Assembly: GCA_027625225.1 (NCBI GenBank)
Contig: JAQBWG010000001.1
Coordinates: 1 to 54,807, forward strand
Source: Chloroflexota bacterium
GTDB taxonomy: Bacteria; Chloroflexota; Dehalococcoidia; Lucifugimonadales; VGZR01
Direction of reading: 5' to 3'
DNA: 54,807 nt
The position numbers and the translations under genes were made by a program. Below the pieces are notes generated by a model. The model made no database searches. It was not told the DNA's origin and saw nothing but the letters and a program-made list of their open reading frames with translations. Positions 25,626 through 34,556 of this stretch are shown here, one piece after another; within the stretch, counting starts at the first letter, position 1; each line of letters begins with the position of its first letter.

Positions 25626-27380
25626 TCAGTCTCCTGCCCTTTCGGCGACCGCTTCCATGGAGAAGGGGCGCGTGGTTATGGGCATGTACTTGGGTGTGTC
25701 GCAACTTCCGGTGGGGCAGCGGTTCTCAGTCATGTGGGCCTCGAAGTCAGCCTCGAAGTGCTGGATGGCGGAGCGGATGGGGTTGAAGCCCAGCTGGCCG
25801 TGTCCGCAGAGGGAGCCTGCCTGCATTGTCTTGCCGACGCTGCGCATGAGGTCGAGGTCGCCGGGGCGACTTTTCTTTTCCAGAATACGGTTAACGATTT
25901 CGAGCAGGTTGGTGGTGCCGAGACGGCAGGGGAAACACTTGCCGCACGACTCGTACTGCTCGAAGGCGACGAGGTTGCGGGTGAGGTCAACGGCACAGAC
26001 GCTATCGTCGCCGATGATGACGCCGCCGGAGCCGAGAATGGCGCCCGCCTTGGACATCTCGTCGAAGTCTATGTGAATGTCTAAGCTGGAGGCGGGGAGT
26101 ACGCCGCCGAGCGGGCCGCCGGTCTGCAGCATTTTGAGCTGCTTGCCCCCGGGGACACCACCGCCGATATCGTTCACCACCTGACCGATGGTGAGGCCCA
26201 TGGGAACCTCATACAGGCCGGGGCGGGTGATGTGTCCGTTGAGGCATACGATGGCGGTGCCTTTGCTCTTGTTCACACCGATGGAGTTAAACCATTCGGC
26301 GCCTTTGGAGATAATCTCCGGCGCGTACGAAAGTGTTTTGACGTTGTTGATGTTGCTGGGCCTGCCCCATACGCCAAAGGCGGCGGGGAAGGGAGGACGG
26401 GCGCGGGGCATGGAACGGTGGCCTTCGATGGCTTCCATGAGCGCGGTTTCTTCGCCAGCTACATACGACTCGCCGGTCAGGGCAACTTCGATGTCATAGC
26501 TGAAGTCGGAGCCGAGGATGTTTTTGCCAAGCAGGCCATGTTCATAAGCCTGACGGATGGCTTCTTCGGTGCGGTCTATAGGGCCGTTGTGGCCGTGGCG
26601 GATGAACACAAAGCCGTTGGTGGAACGGGTGGCGTATCCGGCGATGGTCAATCCTTCGATGAGGGTGAAGGGATCACTTTCGAGAATGGTCTTGTCGTTG
26701 ACCGCGCCGGGGTCGCCTTCTTCACAGTTGCACAGGATGTATTTTTTGGGCGCGGTGTTGTTTACGAGAAAGCTCCACTTCACGCCGGTAGGGAAGGCGG
26801 CTCCGCCCCGCCCACGTAGACCGGAGTTCTTAATCTCGTCGAGGGCGGCGTTGTAATCCATGGTGCTGAGGGCTTTATTGAGGCCAGAGTAGCCGCCATT
26901 GGCGATGTATTGGAAGATGTCGCCGGGGTCGGTGTTGCCGCCGTTGCGCAGGGCAACACGCTGCTGGAGGGCGATGCCGGGGAGCTTGGCAAGGTCGCCC
27001 ATGCCCTTGATGGGCTGCTGGCCTTCGCCCGCGAGGTAGCCAAGGGCCTTGCCTTTGGGAACAACGTTTTTTGCGATGTAGTCGTCCACAATGGCGTCCA
27101 CATCTTCCGGAGTTACGTTGCCGAAGAAGAGACGGGCGCCGCCGTCTTTGGACACGTCGAGAAGCGGCTCGGCGTAGCAGAGGCCAAGGCAGCCAGTCTC
27201 GCTCACGACGGCATCTATCTTTTTGTCTTTAAGCTTGGCTTTGATGGCATCGAGGACGTCGTAGGCGCCAGCGGCGTGGCCACACATGGCAGTGCCGATG
27301 CGAATCCAGGGTTTCTTGCCCCCGGTCAGTTCGGCCCATTTTTTATCGGCAGCCTTTTTGAGTTCTTCGTAGGAAGCCAT
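25626..27380 (-). CDS. NuoF-like NADH-binding flavoprotein subunit with an N-terminal thioredoxin-like 2Fe-2S extension
   Basis: GRGGAAFPTGVKW (FMN/NADH site), CGKCFPCR (N3 cluster) and an N-terminal C..GLC region. 584 aa, HydB/FdsB/HoxF-like length. Confidence 0.9.
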   Translation of the reverse strand: MASYEELKKAADKKWAELTGGKKPWIRIGTAMCGHAAGAYDVLDAIKAKLKDKKIDAVVSETGCLGLCYAEPLLDVSKDGGARLFFGNVTPEDVDAIVDDYIAKNVVPKGKALGYLAGEGQQPIKGMGDLAKLPGIALQQRVALRNGGNTDPGDIFQYIANGGYSGLNKALSTMDYNAALDEIKNSGLRGRGGAAFPTGVKWSFLVNNTAPKKYILCNCEEGDPGAVNDKTILESDPFTLIEGLTIAGYATRSTNGFVFIRHGHNGPIDRTEEAIRQAYEHGLLGKNILGSDFSYDIEVALTGESYVAGEETALMEAIEGHRSMPRARPPFPAAFGVWGRPSNINNVKTLSYAPEIISKGAEWFNSIGVNKSKGTAIVCLNGHITRPGLYEVPMGLTIGQVVNDIGGGVPGGKQLKMLQTGGPLGGVLPASSLDIHIDFDEMSKAGAILGSGGVIIGDDSVCAVDLTRNLVAFEQYESCGKCFPCRLGTTNLLEIVNRILEKKSRPGDLDLMRSVGKTMQAGSLCGHGQLGFNPIRSAIQHFEADFEAHMTENRCPTGSCDTPKYMPITTRPFSMEAVAERAGD

Positions 27381-27880
27381 CAGTGTTTTTTAGCCTTGGT
27401 TTTGGAGAGTGAGGACACTTTGTCACGGGCCTGCGCTTCGGTCACGCGGCCTACGAGCCGATGGTTCACGGACATAACCGGCCCCTGAGCACAGGCGCCA
27501 AGGCAGGTGTTGTAGCGAAGGGTGATGAGGCCGTCGTCGGTATCGCCTTCACCTTCGAGTTTCAGTTCGTCGTGGAGGGTTTCGATGATTTTGGTCGCGC
27601 CAACGAGGTGGCAGGTAGGACCCCAGCAGACTTCGACAGTATGGGTGGTCGGAGGGGTGAATCGGAAGTTAGTGTAGAAGGATGCCACACCCCAGACTTC
27701 GTTAGTCGTAGTGTCGTGATGGTTGGCGACCTCTTCGATGGCTTCGTCGGGGATGTACCCAATCGCATCCTGAATGGCGAGCAGCGATGATAAGACCGTC
27801 CATGTCGGTCGTTTCTGGGACTGAATCGCCTCTTTTACCTGCTCGCGCAGGGCCCCTGCCATCGGGCTCTTAGCCGTCAA
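27380..27880 (-). CDS. NuoE-like thioredoxin-like [2Fe-2S] subunit
   Basis: CWGPTCHLVGA...CLGACAQGP cluster motif. The TTG start has GGAGGAG 4 nt upstream. The stop overlaps the nuoF-like ATG. Confidence 0.9.
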   Translation of the reverse strand: MTAKSPMAGALREQVKEAIQSQKRPTWTVLSSLLAIQDAIGYIPDEAIEEVANHHDTTTNEVWGVASFYTNFRFTPPTTHTVEVCWGPTCHLVGATKIIETLHDELKLEGEGDTDDGLITLRYNTCLGACAQGPVMSVNHRLVGRVTEAQARDKVSSLSKTKAKKH

Positions 27881-27917
27881 AAAGCTCCTCCGTGACGTTC
27901 ATCACAAAGTCGCGTTT

Positions 27918-27946
27918 ATCTTAGCACAGCAGCTTTGGCCCAACAA
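27918..27946 (-). promoter_or_regulatory. candidate sigma-70 promoter of the nuoEFG-like operon
   Basis: Minus strand reads TTGTTG-N17-TAAGAT, about 38 nt upstream of the TTG start. Confidence 0.35.
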
Positions 27947-27965
27947 CGCTGGAGGCCGATTACGC

Positions 27966-29294
27966 TTACCCGTCGGGGAGGTCTTCGAGAAGCAGCCGCG
28001 CGACGTGTTTGCCCATGCGGACACTGTAGTTGGTGCCGCGGTCTTCGGGGTATATCTGGGTGGTGTTGGCCAAATACAGGCGCTCGATAGGCGTACGGTG
28101 GTCGGGGATACGCTGCGAGTAGTTGGTGCCGATGATGGGCTGGGCCGCGCCGACACGGTGGTAATGGCTATTCTGTATCCATGATTCGTCAAAGTCAGGA
28201 TTGATTTTCTTCAGGTGAGGGATGTACTCGGCCTGCAACTCTTCATGCGACATTTTGTAGAGCGGGTGGTTCTCGCTCAAGTAGTTGGTGAGATAGACGA
28301 TGTGCTTGCCGCCGTAGTGCTCGGGCGGGATGAGGTTGGTGTGTTCGATGACGCCGACGAAGGGGATGGAACGGTCGGCGACGTTGAGCCAGTAGATATC
28401 GGTGAGCGGCCTGTCGAGTTCTAGGATAAGCAGTACGGCGGCCATGTAGGTGACGCCGTTGAGTTTGGCGAGGTAGTCGTCGGGAAGGGACGGGACGAGC
28501 TTGGGGAAGATGAACGACGGCGTGGTGGCGATGATTGCGTCGAATTCCTGCGTTGGCGTGGGGCCGTCGCGCGGGCCGGTTTCGAGGCCGACGGCGCGGT
28601 TGTTTTGGACGATGACTTGCTTCACGCCGGTGCTCAAGTGCACCTCACTGCCCTGCTCGGCGACACGCTCGGCCAAAACGTCGAACACTTCGCCAAAGCT
28701 GCCGATGGGGTAGCCGAGGAGTTCTTTCGCGAGACCTTTGCCACGTGAGGCGAAGCGGGTGTGAATCTTCCCCCAGAACCAAGGCATGCCTACTTCTTTG
28801 TAGTGTTCCTCGCCGAATTTGCCACGTAGGAGCGGCCCCCAGACGACGTCGTAGACCCGCTTGCCTGCGTTCTTGCGTATCCAGGCGTCGGCAGTTTGGC
28901 TTTCGAGCTTCCGCCAGTCGTTGTTGCGCTGGAGCAGGAGGGTGACGAGTCCCAAACGGAACCTATCGATGATGGAGAGCGGGCTGAAGCGCAGAAGGTC
29001 TAATGGGGTAACGAAGTTGTATATCTTGCTTTTGTGGAGAATGCCGACGGTAGACTCTATCCACTTCATCTGGTGACCCAGACCTATCTCGTGGATGAGG
29101 TCGACGATGTCGGTATCGGAGGTGAACAGGTGGTGGTAGCCTCGCTCAAGCGGCGCTCCACCGACGTCGAAGGTAGACGCCTGGCCTCCCAGGAACGGGG
29201 CTGTTTCGTATACGACGGCTGTGTGGCCATGCTTGCCCAGTTCGTAAGCGGCGGCGAGTCCTGCAGCGCCCGCGCCGATGATGCCGATGTTCAC
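27966..29294 (-). CDS. NAD(P)/FAD-dependent oxidoreductase (amine-oxidase / phytoene-desaturase-like fold)
   Basis: N-terminal dinucleotide motif GIIGAGAAGLAAAYEL. 442 aa. The GTG start overlaps the stop of the upstream membrane gene (GTGA). Confidence 0.8.
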   Translation of the reverse strand: MNIGIIGAGAAGLAAAYELGKHGHTAVVYETAPFLGGQASTFDVGGAPLERGYHHLFTSDTDIVDLIHEIGLGHQMKWIESTVGILHKSKIYNFVTPLDLLRFSPLSIIDRFRLGLVTLLLQRNNDWRKLESQTADAWIRKNAGKRVYDVVWGPLLRGKFGEEHYKEVGMPWFWGKIHTRFASRGKGLAKELLGYPIGSFGEVFDVLAERVAEQGSEVHLSTGVKQVIVQNNRAVGLETGPRDGPTPTQEFDAIIATTPSFIFPKLVPSLPDDYLAKLNGVTYMAAVLLILELDRPLTDIYWLNVADRSIPFVGVIEHTNLIPPEHYGGKHIVYLTNYLSENHPLYKMSHEELQAEYIPHLKKINPDFDESWIQNSHYHRVGAAQPIIGTNYSQRIPDHRTPIERLYLANTTQIYPEDRGTNYSVRMGKHVARLLLEDLPDG

Positions 29295-30394
29295 TTTTGC
29301 GTCTCACTTCCTGGTACCGATTCCGGTGCCATTGTATCGGCTGGTGGCTCGTCGCGGGTGCCGGAACGCCAAAGGGTGCGGAGTGAGACGTTCTCTTTCC
29401 AGAGAAACGCCTGGCCGAGAATAATCATGGACAGTAGAAGAACGGCGTGCACCACGGCGGCGTAGGCTCCGGCGACGGCACGGTCAACCGTGGCCAACGG
29501 AAGCAGCACGAGCGTTTCACGGGCGACGAGTTCGAACAGGCCGACGCCGCCGGGTGCAGCGGGAACGGAACTGCCGATGTTGGATATGGCGGTGACGAGA
29601 ACAACGGTCACGGCAAGTGCAAGCAGGCTGTCGAATGTTTCATGCAGTCCGAAGGCAAAGCCGATCATGAAGAACAATCCTGCCTCGAACAGCCAAATAG
29701 GCGCCGAAACGAGCATAAGTCCGACCAACGACTTGATACTTTTTAGGGACGCGAGGCCGTGGATGAAAAGGTCAACAAGAGTCCAGATAAGGTCAGCTAG
29801 CTTCGTCGGGAGGAAACGTAGAATCCGCCGTATGAATAGGCCCGCCGGTTCGGGATAGCGGGCCAGCGCTACAAGCACCACGAAGAGTCCGATAAAGGGA
29901 ACAGTTACCGCGGCGACAAGCCATGGCCATGCGATGCCGAATCGCTCTTGGAACCCCTCAACTAAGCCACCCAGCGGTACGAAGATAGCCAGTGCGACGA
30001 TGAAAACGAGCAGGATAAGGGCATCGAGGACACGTTCGACGATGATGGTGGCGAGTGCGGCGGTCTTGCTGATGCCTTCGCGCTCGCCGACGTAGTAGCT
30101 GCGGACGAGTTCGCCCAAACGCATGGGGAGTAGGTTGTTGGCCATGTAGCCGATGACAACGACGGGGTAGAGCCGTCGGATGGATGTTACGCGCATATGA
30201 GCGAGCAGGGTCTGCCATCGGATAGTACGGAAGAGTATGGATACAAGATACAGAGCGATGGCAGGAATGAGGTAGATGTAGTTGGCTTCGGCGAGGGCCT
30301 CCGCCATCTCCCGCAAATCCACCGTGAATAAAAACAGGGCCAACGTGGCCCCGCTCACGGCTAATCCTATCCATAGCCTGCTTCGTTTCAGCAC
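29291..30394 (-). CDS. UPF0104 / lysylphosphatidylglycerol-synthase-TM-region (flippase-like) membrane protein
   Basis: 367 aa, about 8 predicted TM helices, motifs typical of the family (RW..LL, NNLLPMRLGE..R). Confidence 0.7.
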   Translation of the reverse strand: MLKRSRLWIGLAVSGATLALFLFTVDLREMAEALAEANYIYLIPAIALYLVSILFRTIRWQTLLAHMRVTSIRRLYPVVVIGYMANNLLPMRLGELVRSYYVGEREGISKTAALATIIVERVLDALILLVFIVALAIFVPLGGLVEGFQERFGIAWPWLVAAVTVPFIGLFVVLVALARYPEPAGLFIRRILRFLPTKLADLIWTLVDLFIHGLASLKSIKSLVGLMLVSAPIWLFEAGLFFMIGFAFGLHETFDSLLALAVTVVLVTAISNIGSSVPAAPGGVGLFELVARETLVLLPLATVDRAVAGAYAAVVHAVLLLSMIILGQAFLWKENVSLRTLWRSGTRDEPPADTMAPESVPGSETQK

Positions 30395-30483
30395 TCTTGC
30401 AACCTCAAGGGGTTAAGAATACCAGAACGATGCGGCGTAGAGCGCGTTAGCGATGCGACAGAACTGGAAGGCAGAAGACGGGC

Positions 30484-31284
30484 TTAAACTTTGGAATACT
30501 TGGGCTTGGTGATTTCGGTGCCGTCGGGAAGTTTGTCGATGGTGAAGTCGCCAAAGAAGAGCGGCGCTTCTTTCTGTAGGATGCGCAGAATGATAATGGC
30601 GAGTTTCCGAATCTCCAAATCCGCAAAGGGCGAGCCACGCATCTCGAAGAAATGACGCCAGGCACGGACGTTGGCGGTCACGAATATCTTGGTCTCGGTG
30701 GCATTGGGCAGCACCGAGCGGGCGGCCTGCCGGATGGCCTTCCTGCGGTCGCGCGGCGCCTCGAACTTGTCTTCGGGCAAAGCTTTTTCGAGTGATTCGA
30801 CCAGAGCTACATAGTCTTTCGCAGCCGAATCGAGGGCTTTCGAAAGCACCTGTTTGGCTTCTTCCGTGTCGCCAAAGCCATCGGTGAATACCGGAGGGAC
30901 AACGAATGCGCCTTCGGTTTCGTCCACGTAGCGTTGGGACCGCTGGCTATAGGCAAAGCCAGCGCGGTGGCGCACAAGTTCGTGGGTGAGGCTGCGGGAG
31001 ACGCCGGTGACGACGAAGCCGTAGTTAACGTGCTCGAACACGCTACCGTCTTTGGAGGCAAGCAGGTTGTTGATGAAGTCGGCGATGTCCTTACGACCAC
31101 GACCGTAACTCATATAGCACATGCGGGCAGAGACTTCGACGATGGCGGCGGATTCGTCATGGCCCGCGCGGATACTATCGGGGATGCCGGGGACATCTTC
31201 GTCGTCGAGGAATTGGGCGATTTGATCCCAGTCCACGGCAGGGCGGCTTACAAGATAGACCTTTAGTTCGGTTAAGAGTTTCAC
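30484..31284 (-). CDS. thyX: FAD-dependent thymidylate synthase ThyX
   Basis: ThyX signature RHRAGFAYSQRSQRY (RHR..S....S.R). The track start is TTG 31302, which has no SD. I prefer GTG 31284, which has GGAAGGAAG upstream. Confidence 0.9.
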   Translation of the reverse strand: MKLLTELKVYLVSRPAVDWDQIAQFLDDEDVPGIPDSIRAGHDESAAIVEVSARMCYMSYGRGRKDIADFINNLLASKDGSVFEHVNYGFVVTGVSRSLTHELVRHRAGFAYSQRSQRYVDETEGAFVVPPVFTDGFGDTEEAKQVLSKALDSAAKDYVALVESLEKALPEDKFEAPRDRRKAIRQAARSVLPNATETKIFVTANVRAWRHFFEMRGSPFADLEIRKLAIIILRILQKEAPLFFGDFTIDKLPDGTEITKPKYSKV

Positions 31285-31303
31285 TAGGCTTCCTTCCGAC
31301 AAC

Positions 31304-32584
31304 TTATAGCAAAAGGAGGAACGGGTTTTGGAGCAGCCGTTTCACTTCGCCAACGAACATTGCTCCGTCCGCGCCATCCACAACGCGGTGGTCGGCGGAT
31401 AGGGTGACGTTCATCATATCGGCAATGGTGAGTTCATCGCCGCGCGCGACCGGCCGTTTGGTGACGGAGCCGACGGCAAGCACAGCAGCCTGCGGCGGAT
31501 GGATGACGGCGATGAAGCTGCTGACGTCGAACATGCCAAGGTTGCTGATGGCGAATGTGCCGCCGGTGTACTCCTCGGCGCGAAGCGTGCCGCCTTTGGC
31601 ACGCTCACCGAGGTCACGGCTGGCGGCGGCGAGTTCTTTCAACGTCTTGTCGTCACAGTTCATGATGGCAGGCACCATGAGGCCTTGCTCCATAGACATG
31701 GCGAGGCCGATGTTGATGGACCCGTGTATCTGGATGCCCTCGTCTGTATACGAAGCGTTGAACTTCGGATATTTCTTCAACGCTTCGACACTGGCTTTGA
31801 CGATGAGGTCGTTCACCGAGACTTTGGTGCCCTTGAATTCGTCACTCTGGTTGAGCTGGGCGCGAAGCTGCATGGCCTGGGTCATGTCCACCTCAGTGGA
31901 CACATAGTAGTGCGGGATTTCCTGCTTGCTCTTCACGGTAACCCGGGCAATCTGCTGGCGCATCTTGGTAATCGGAATCAACTCGCCGAGGGTAGCAGGT
32001 TTGGGTGCCTCCGCTGCCGGTTTCGAGGATACCTTTTCCTTGACGGGCGCCTGTTCTGTGCGCTTGGCTCCGCCCTTTTCGCCCGCGGTTACCACGTCGT
32101 CTTTGGTGATTCTGCCACCAGGGCCTGTGCCCTTTATTTGCGAAAGGTCTATATTCATCTCATCGGCAAGTTTTCGGGCGACGGGGGACACCTTGATGTC
32201 GCCGTCAGAACTGGAAATGTCGACAGTCGAACGTTCGGCTGAGACGACTTCTTCAGAACGAGTTGACTGTGCTTCCGGTTTATTGGCTTCGGTTTTTGTT
32301 TCTTCCGATTTTTTAGACTCGGACGGTTTGTCCGCAACGGTTTCACCCGGGGCACCTACAACAGCGATGGCTTTGCCGACTTCGACGGTGGTGCCTTCTT
32401 TGACCAGAATCTTGGATAATACGCCGTCAGCATAGGACTGGAACTCGACGACGGCTTTGTCGGTCTCGATTTCGGCGATGGGTTCGCCTTTCTTCACCGA
32501 CGCACCCTCGCTTTTCAGCCACCGGACGAGCGTGCCCTGCTGCATGTCATAGCCCATCTGGGGCATGGTAAGTTCAGTCGCCAA
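31304..32584 (-). CDS. 2-oxoacid dehydrogenase E2 (dihydrolipoamide acyltransferase)
   Basis: Lipoyl domain with ETDKAV, E3-binding domain (SPVARKLADEMNIDLSQIKGTGPGGRITKDDV), catalytic DHRVVDG. The TTG start has AAGGAGG 6 nt upstream. Confidence 0.9.
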   Translation of the reverse strand: MATELTMPQMGYDMQQGTLVRWLKSEGASVKKGEPIAEIETDKAVVEFQSYADGVLSKILVKEGTTVEVGKAIAVVGAPGETVADKPSESKKSEETKTEANKPEAQSTRSEEVVSAERSTVDISSSDGDIKVSPVARKLADEMNIDLSQIKGTGPGGRITKDDVVTAGEKGGAKRTEQAPVKEKVSSKPAAEAPKPATLGELIPITKMRQQIARVTVKSKQEIPHYYVSTEVDMTQAMQLRAQLNQSDEFKGTKVSVNDLIVKASVEALKKYPKFNASYTDEGIQIHGSINIGLAMSMEQGLMVPAIMNCDDKTLKELAAASRDLGERAKGGTLRAEEYTGGTFAISNLGMFDVSSFIAVIHPPQAAVLAVGSVTKRPVARGDELTIADMMNVTLSADHRVVDGADGAMFVGEVKRLLQNPFLLLL

Positions 32585-32601
32585 GGCACACCTCCTTCAC
32601 A

Positions 32602-33570
32602 TTAAAGACCATAAAGCTGTCCTATAGTTTCCATTACGCGTTCCGGTGTCGGAACAACAGATGCTTCCAGTTTACGGGAATACGGTGCGGGAACGTCCAA
32701 TCCACACACACGGCCGACAGGGCCGTCTAAATGGTCGAACGCGGTTTCCTGTATCGAACTCACCAGCTCTCCGGCGAAGCCGCCGGTCTGCCAGTTCTCG
32801 TCAATCACAACAACCCGGTTCGTCTTCTTGACCGACTTTATAACGGTATCAACATCGAGAGGACGAAGGCTACGCAGGTCTATGACTTCCGCCTCTTTGC
32901 CCTTCTCGGCAAGCTGGTCCGCGACCTTGAGGGCGACATTGACCATGCGCAAATGGGCAACGAGTGTGATGTCTTTGCCTTCCCGACGGATTTTTGCTTG
33001 GCCGAACGGGACTTCGTAGTGTTCATCGGGTACTTCACCCTTAGCACCATAGAGCATGGCGTGTTCGGCAATAACGACGGGGTCTCTTTCTTTTATGGAC
33101 GAACGTATCAATCCAAGCGCATCGTAGGGCGTGGAGGGCACGGCGACTTTGAGGCCGGGGACAGACGCGAACCACCCTTCGAAGTTCTGCGAGTGGGTGG
33201 CGCCGAGCTGGCCGCCGGTGACGGTGCGGATGACAACCGGCACCTCGATTTGGCCGTTGGACATGTATCTCATCTTAGCGGCGTGGTTCACAAGCTGGTC
33301 GAGTGCGAGAAGCATAAAGTTGATAGTCATGATTTCCACTATGGGTTTCATACCACCCATAGCTGCGCCAACACCGGCACCGACCATCACAGACTCGGCG
33401 ATGGGGGTGTCCATGATTCGCTGGGGGCCGAACTCTTCCAGGAATCCCTTGGTGACCGCATAGGCACCGCCGTAACTACCGACATCCTCGCCCATGATGA
33501 AGACCCGGTCGTCCGTCAGCGCTTCTCTCAGGCCTTTTGAAATAGCTTCACGAATGGTCATTTCAGGCAT
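32602..33570 (-). CDS. 2-oxoacid dehydrogenase E1 beta subunit
   Basis: 322 aa with the transketolase-like pyrimidine-binding and C-terminal domains (FIMGEDVG.YGGAY.VTKG). The ATG overlaps the E1 alpha stop by 8 nt. Confidence 0.9.
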   Translation of the reverse strand: MPEMTIREAISKGLREALTDDRVFIMGEDVGSYGGAYAVTKGFLEEFGPQRIMDTPIAESVMVGAGVGAAMGGMKPIVEIMTINFMLLALDQLVNHAAKMRYMSNGQIEVPVVIRTVTGGQLGATHSQNFEGWFASVPGLKVAVPSTPYDALGLIRSSIKERDPVVIAEHAMLYGAKGEVPDEHYEVPFGQAKIRREGKDITLVAHLRMVNVALKVADQLAEKGKEAEVIDLRSLRPLDVDTVIKSVKKTNRVVVIDENWQTGGFAGELVSSIQETAFDHLDGPVGRVCGLDVPAPYSRKLEASVVPTPERVMETIGQLYGL

Positions 33571-34537
33571 AGACGTGCTCGTAGACGGAATCGAGGTCTG
33601 GTTCGGGACTTTCGTCGCCGAACCTCACAGCGTCCTCTATGACTTCTTTGATCTCATCGTCTATTTCGGCTATTTCATCCTCACTGAGGAGGCCATCTTC
33701 CTGCATTTTCTCTTTGAATGTCAGAATCGGGTCTTTCTTGGCCCAGAGATCCACCTCGCTCCCCTCGCGATACGCGGAGGGGTCGGCCATCGAGTGTCCA
33801 CGGAAACGGTAGGTCATGGCTTCCAAGAAGACAGGGCCGCCGCCGGAGCGGACACGTTCCACCGCTTCAGCAGCCGCTTCGCGCACAGCCAGGAGGTCCA
33901 TACCATCCACCTGCGCGGCGGGGATGCGATAAGGGTCCGCAGCAAGATACAGGTCGCGTCCGACCGCATGGGTTTTGTCCACGTGGCTGCCCATGCCGTA
34001 GAGATTATTTTCAAGAAAGAACACGATGGGAAGTTTCCACAAAGCCGCAAGGTTCAACGATTCGTGGAATTCGCCTTCGTTGACCGCGCCGTCTCCGAAG
34101 AAGCAGACGGTTACCCGATCTTCTTTTTTCAACTTCGCGCTGAGGGCCAAACCGACCGCGATGGGCATCTGTCCACCAACGATTGCATAGCCACCCCAAA
34201 AGCCCTTCGATACGTCAAACAAATGCATGGAGCCGCCCCGTCCGCCGCTGGTTCCTGTGGCCTTGCCCATAAGCTCGGCCATCACGGCCCTGGGGTCGAG
34301 CCCACGCACAAGTGCATGGCCGTGGTCGCGATAGTGGCTGACAATGTAGTCCTGTGGTTTGAGGGTTGGAATCGCGCCGACAGCGACGGCCTCTTCACCA
34401 ATGTAGAGATGAAGGAAGCCGCGTATCTTTCCCTGCATATACAGACGGCTGCACTCTTCCTCAAACTGACGGATGAGCTGCATCTGCCGATACAGTTCCT
34501 GGACTTGTGATTTATCCAGTTTTGGTGACACCTTCAT
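33563..34537 (-). CDS. 2-oxoacid dehydrogenase E1 alpha subunit (TPP-dependent)
   Basis: TPP motif GDGAVNEGEFHESLNLAALWKLPIVFFLENN. The track start 34579 overlaps lpdA. The internal ATG 34537 (MKVSPKLDK...) has AGGGA upstream and is preferred. Confidence 0.9.
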   Translation of the reverse strand: MKVSPKLDKSQVQELYRQMQLIRQFEEECSRLYMQGKIRGFLHLYIGEEAVAVGAIPTLKPQDYIVSHYRDHGHALVRGLDPRAVMAELMGKATGTSGGRGGSMHLFDVSKGFWGGYAIVGGQMPIAVGLALSAKLKKEDRVTVCFFGDGAVNEGEFHESLNLAALWKLPIVFFLENNLYGMGSHVDKTHAVGRDLYLAADPYRIPAAQVDGMDLLAVREAAAEAVERVRSGGGPVFLEAMTYRFRGHSMADPSAYREGSEVDLWAKKDPILTFKEKMQEDGLLSEDEIAEIDDEIKEVIEDAVRFGDESPEPDLDSVYEHVYA

Positions 34538-34556
34538 ACACTTCGTCCCTTTATCC

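Noticed and set aside
24248-25786. 512-aa plus-strand ORF, the longest of several long antisense ORFs. The others are 11714..12769, 19660..20637, 33494..34510, 34473..35504, 6164..6889, 6768..7451, 38425..39129, 43920..44486 and 36546..37085.
   Set aside because: All lie antisense to, or out of frame within, genes with unmistakable catalytic motifs. Their composition is Gly/Ala/Arg/Val- or Pro/Ser/Thr/Arg-biased, typical of shadow ORFs in GC-rich DNA. They have no SDs and no recognisable motifs.
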